Virus record (IMG/VR): IMGVR_UViG_3300028171_000090
Coordinates: 64,001-128,000 of that record
Origin: a virus
Lineage: Duplodnaviria; Caudoviricetes
DNA length: 64,000 nt
Strand: one strand, 5' to 3'
The notes under the pieces are model-generated. The model did no database searches. It worked only from the letters and a program-made list of their open reading frames with translations, and was not told the DNA's origin. Each line of letters begins with the position of its first letter. The stretch's first letter is position 1. The position numbers and the translations under genes were made by a program. Of the stretch, positions 63,990 through 64,000 are shown one piece after another.

Positions 63990-64000
63990 AATTAGTTCTT

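Noticed and set aside
1-64000. tRNA, rRNA, integrase, transposase or CRISPR array
   Set aside because: No cloverleaf, rRNA-like segment, recombinase/transposase motifs or repeat-spacer array was recognised by eye; tRNAscan-SE would confirm

Overview
This is a 64-kb AT-rich segment of a lytic jumbo phage of the phiKZ/AR9(PBS1)-like lineage. The PlyB-like endolysin suggests a Bacillus (possibly B. cereus group) host. Core genes: tubulin (TubZ/PhuZ), UvsX/RecA, both halves of the split non-virion RNAP beta subunit, a likely virion-RNAP beta' C-terminal piece, NAD-dependent ligase, SbcC/Rad50, the N-terminal half of a split family-B DNA polymerase, portal, tail tube, tail sheath and a GH25+SH3b endolysin. 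Most of the rest is tandem arrays of uncharacterised paralogues, many flanked by a conserved early-type motif (TAYATTAT-N4-RTGAR), an AR9-type late motif (AACA-N6-TR) or an intrinsic terminator. The most unusual observations are as follows. (1) A short basic peptide motif is shared at the termini of four unrelated proteins (ligase, nvRNAP beta-N, PolB-N and a late protein), and a possible gp45-like sliding clamp overlaps the polymerase stop codon. (2) A family of about 20 paralogues ending in [LI]x[IV]Y[IV]P, several with covarying structured 5' leaders. (3) Two ORF-less promoter-hairpin-terminator units that look like late small RNAs, one with an anti-Shine-Dalgarno tract. (4) Catalytically dead copies of terminase and DnaB-like ATPases upstream of the tubulin. 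No tRNA, rRNA, CRISPR array, intron or mobile element was seen. All family calls come from visual motif recognition, not database searches. Several starts were moved from the ORF track to the codon with a Shine-Dalgarno.
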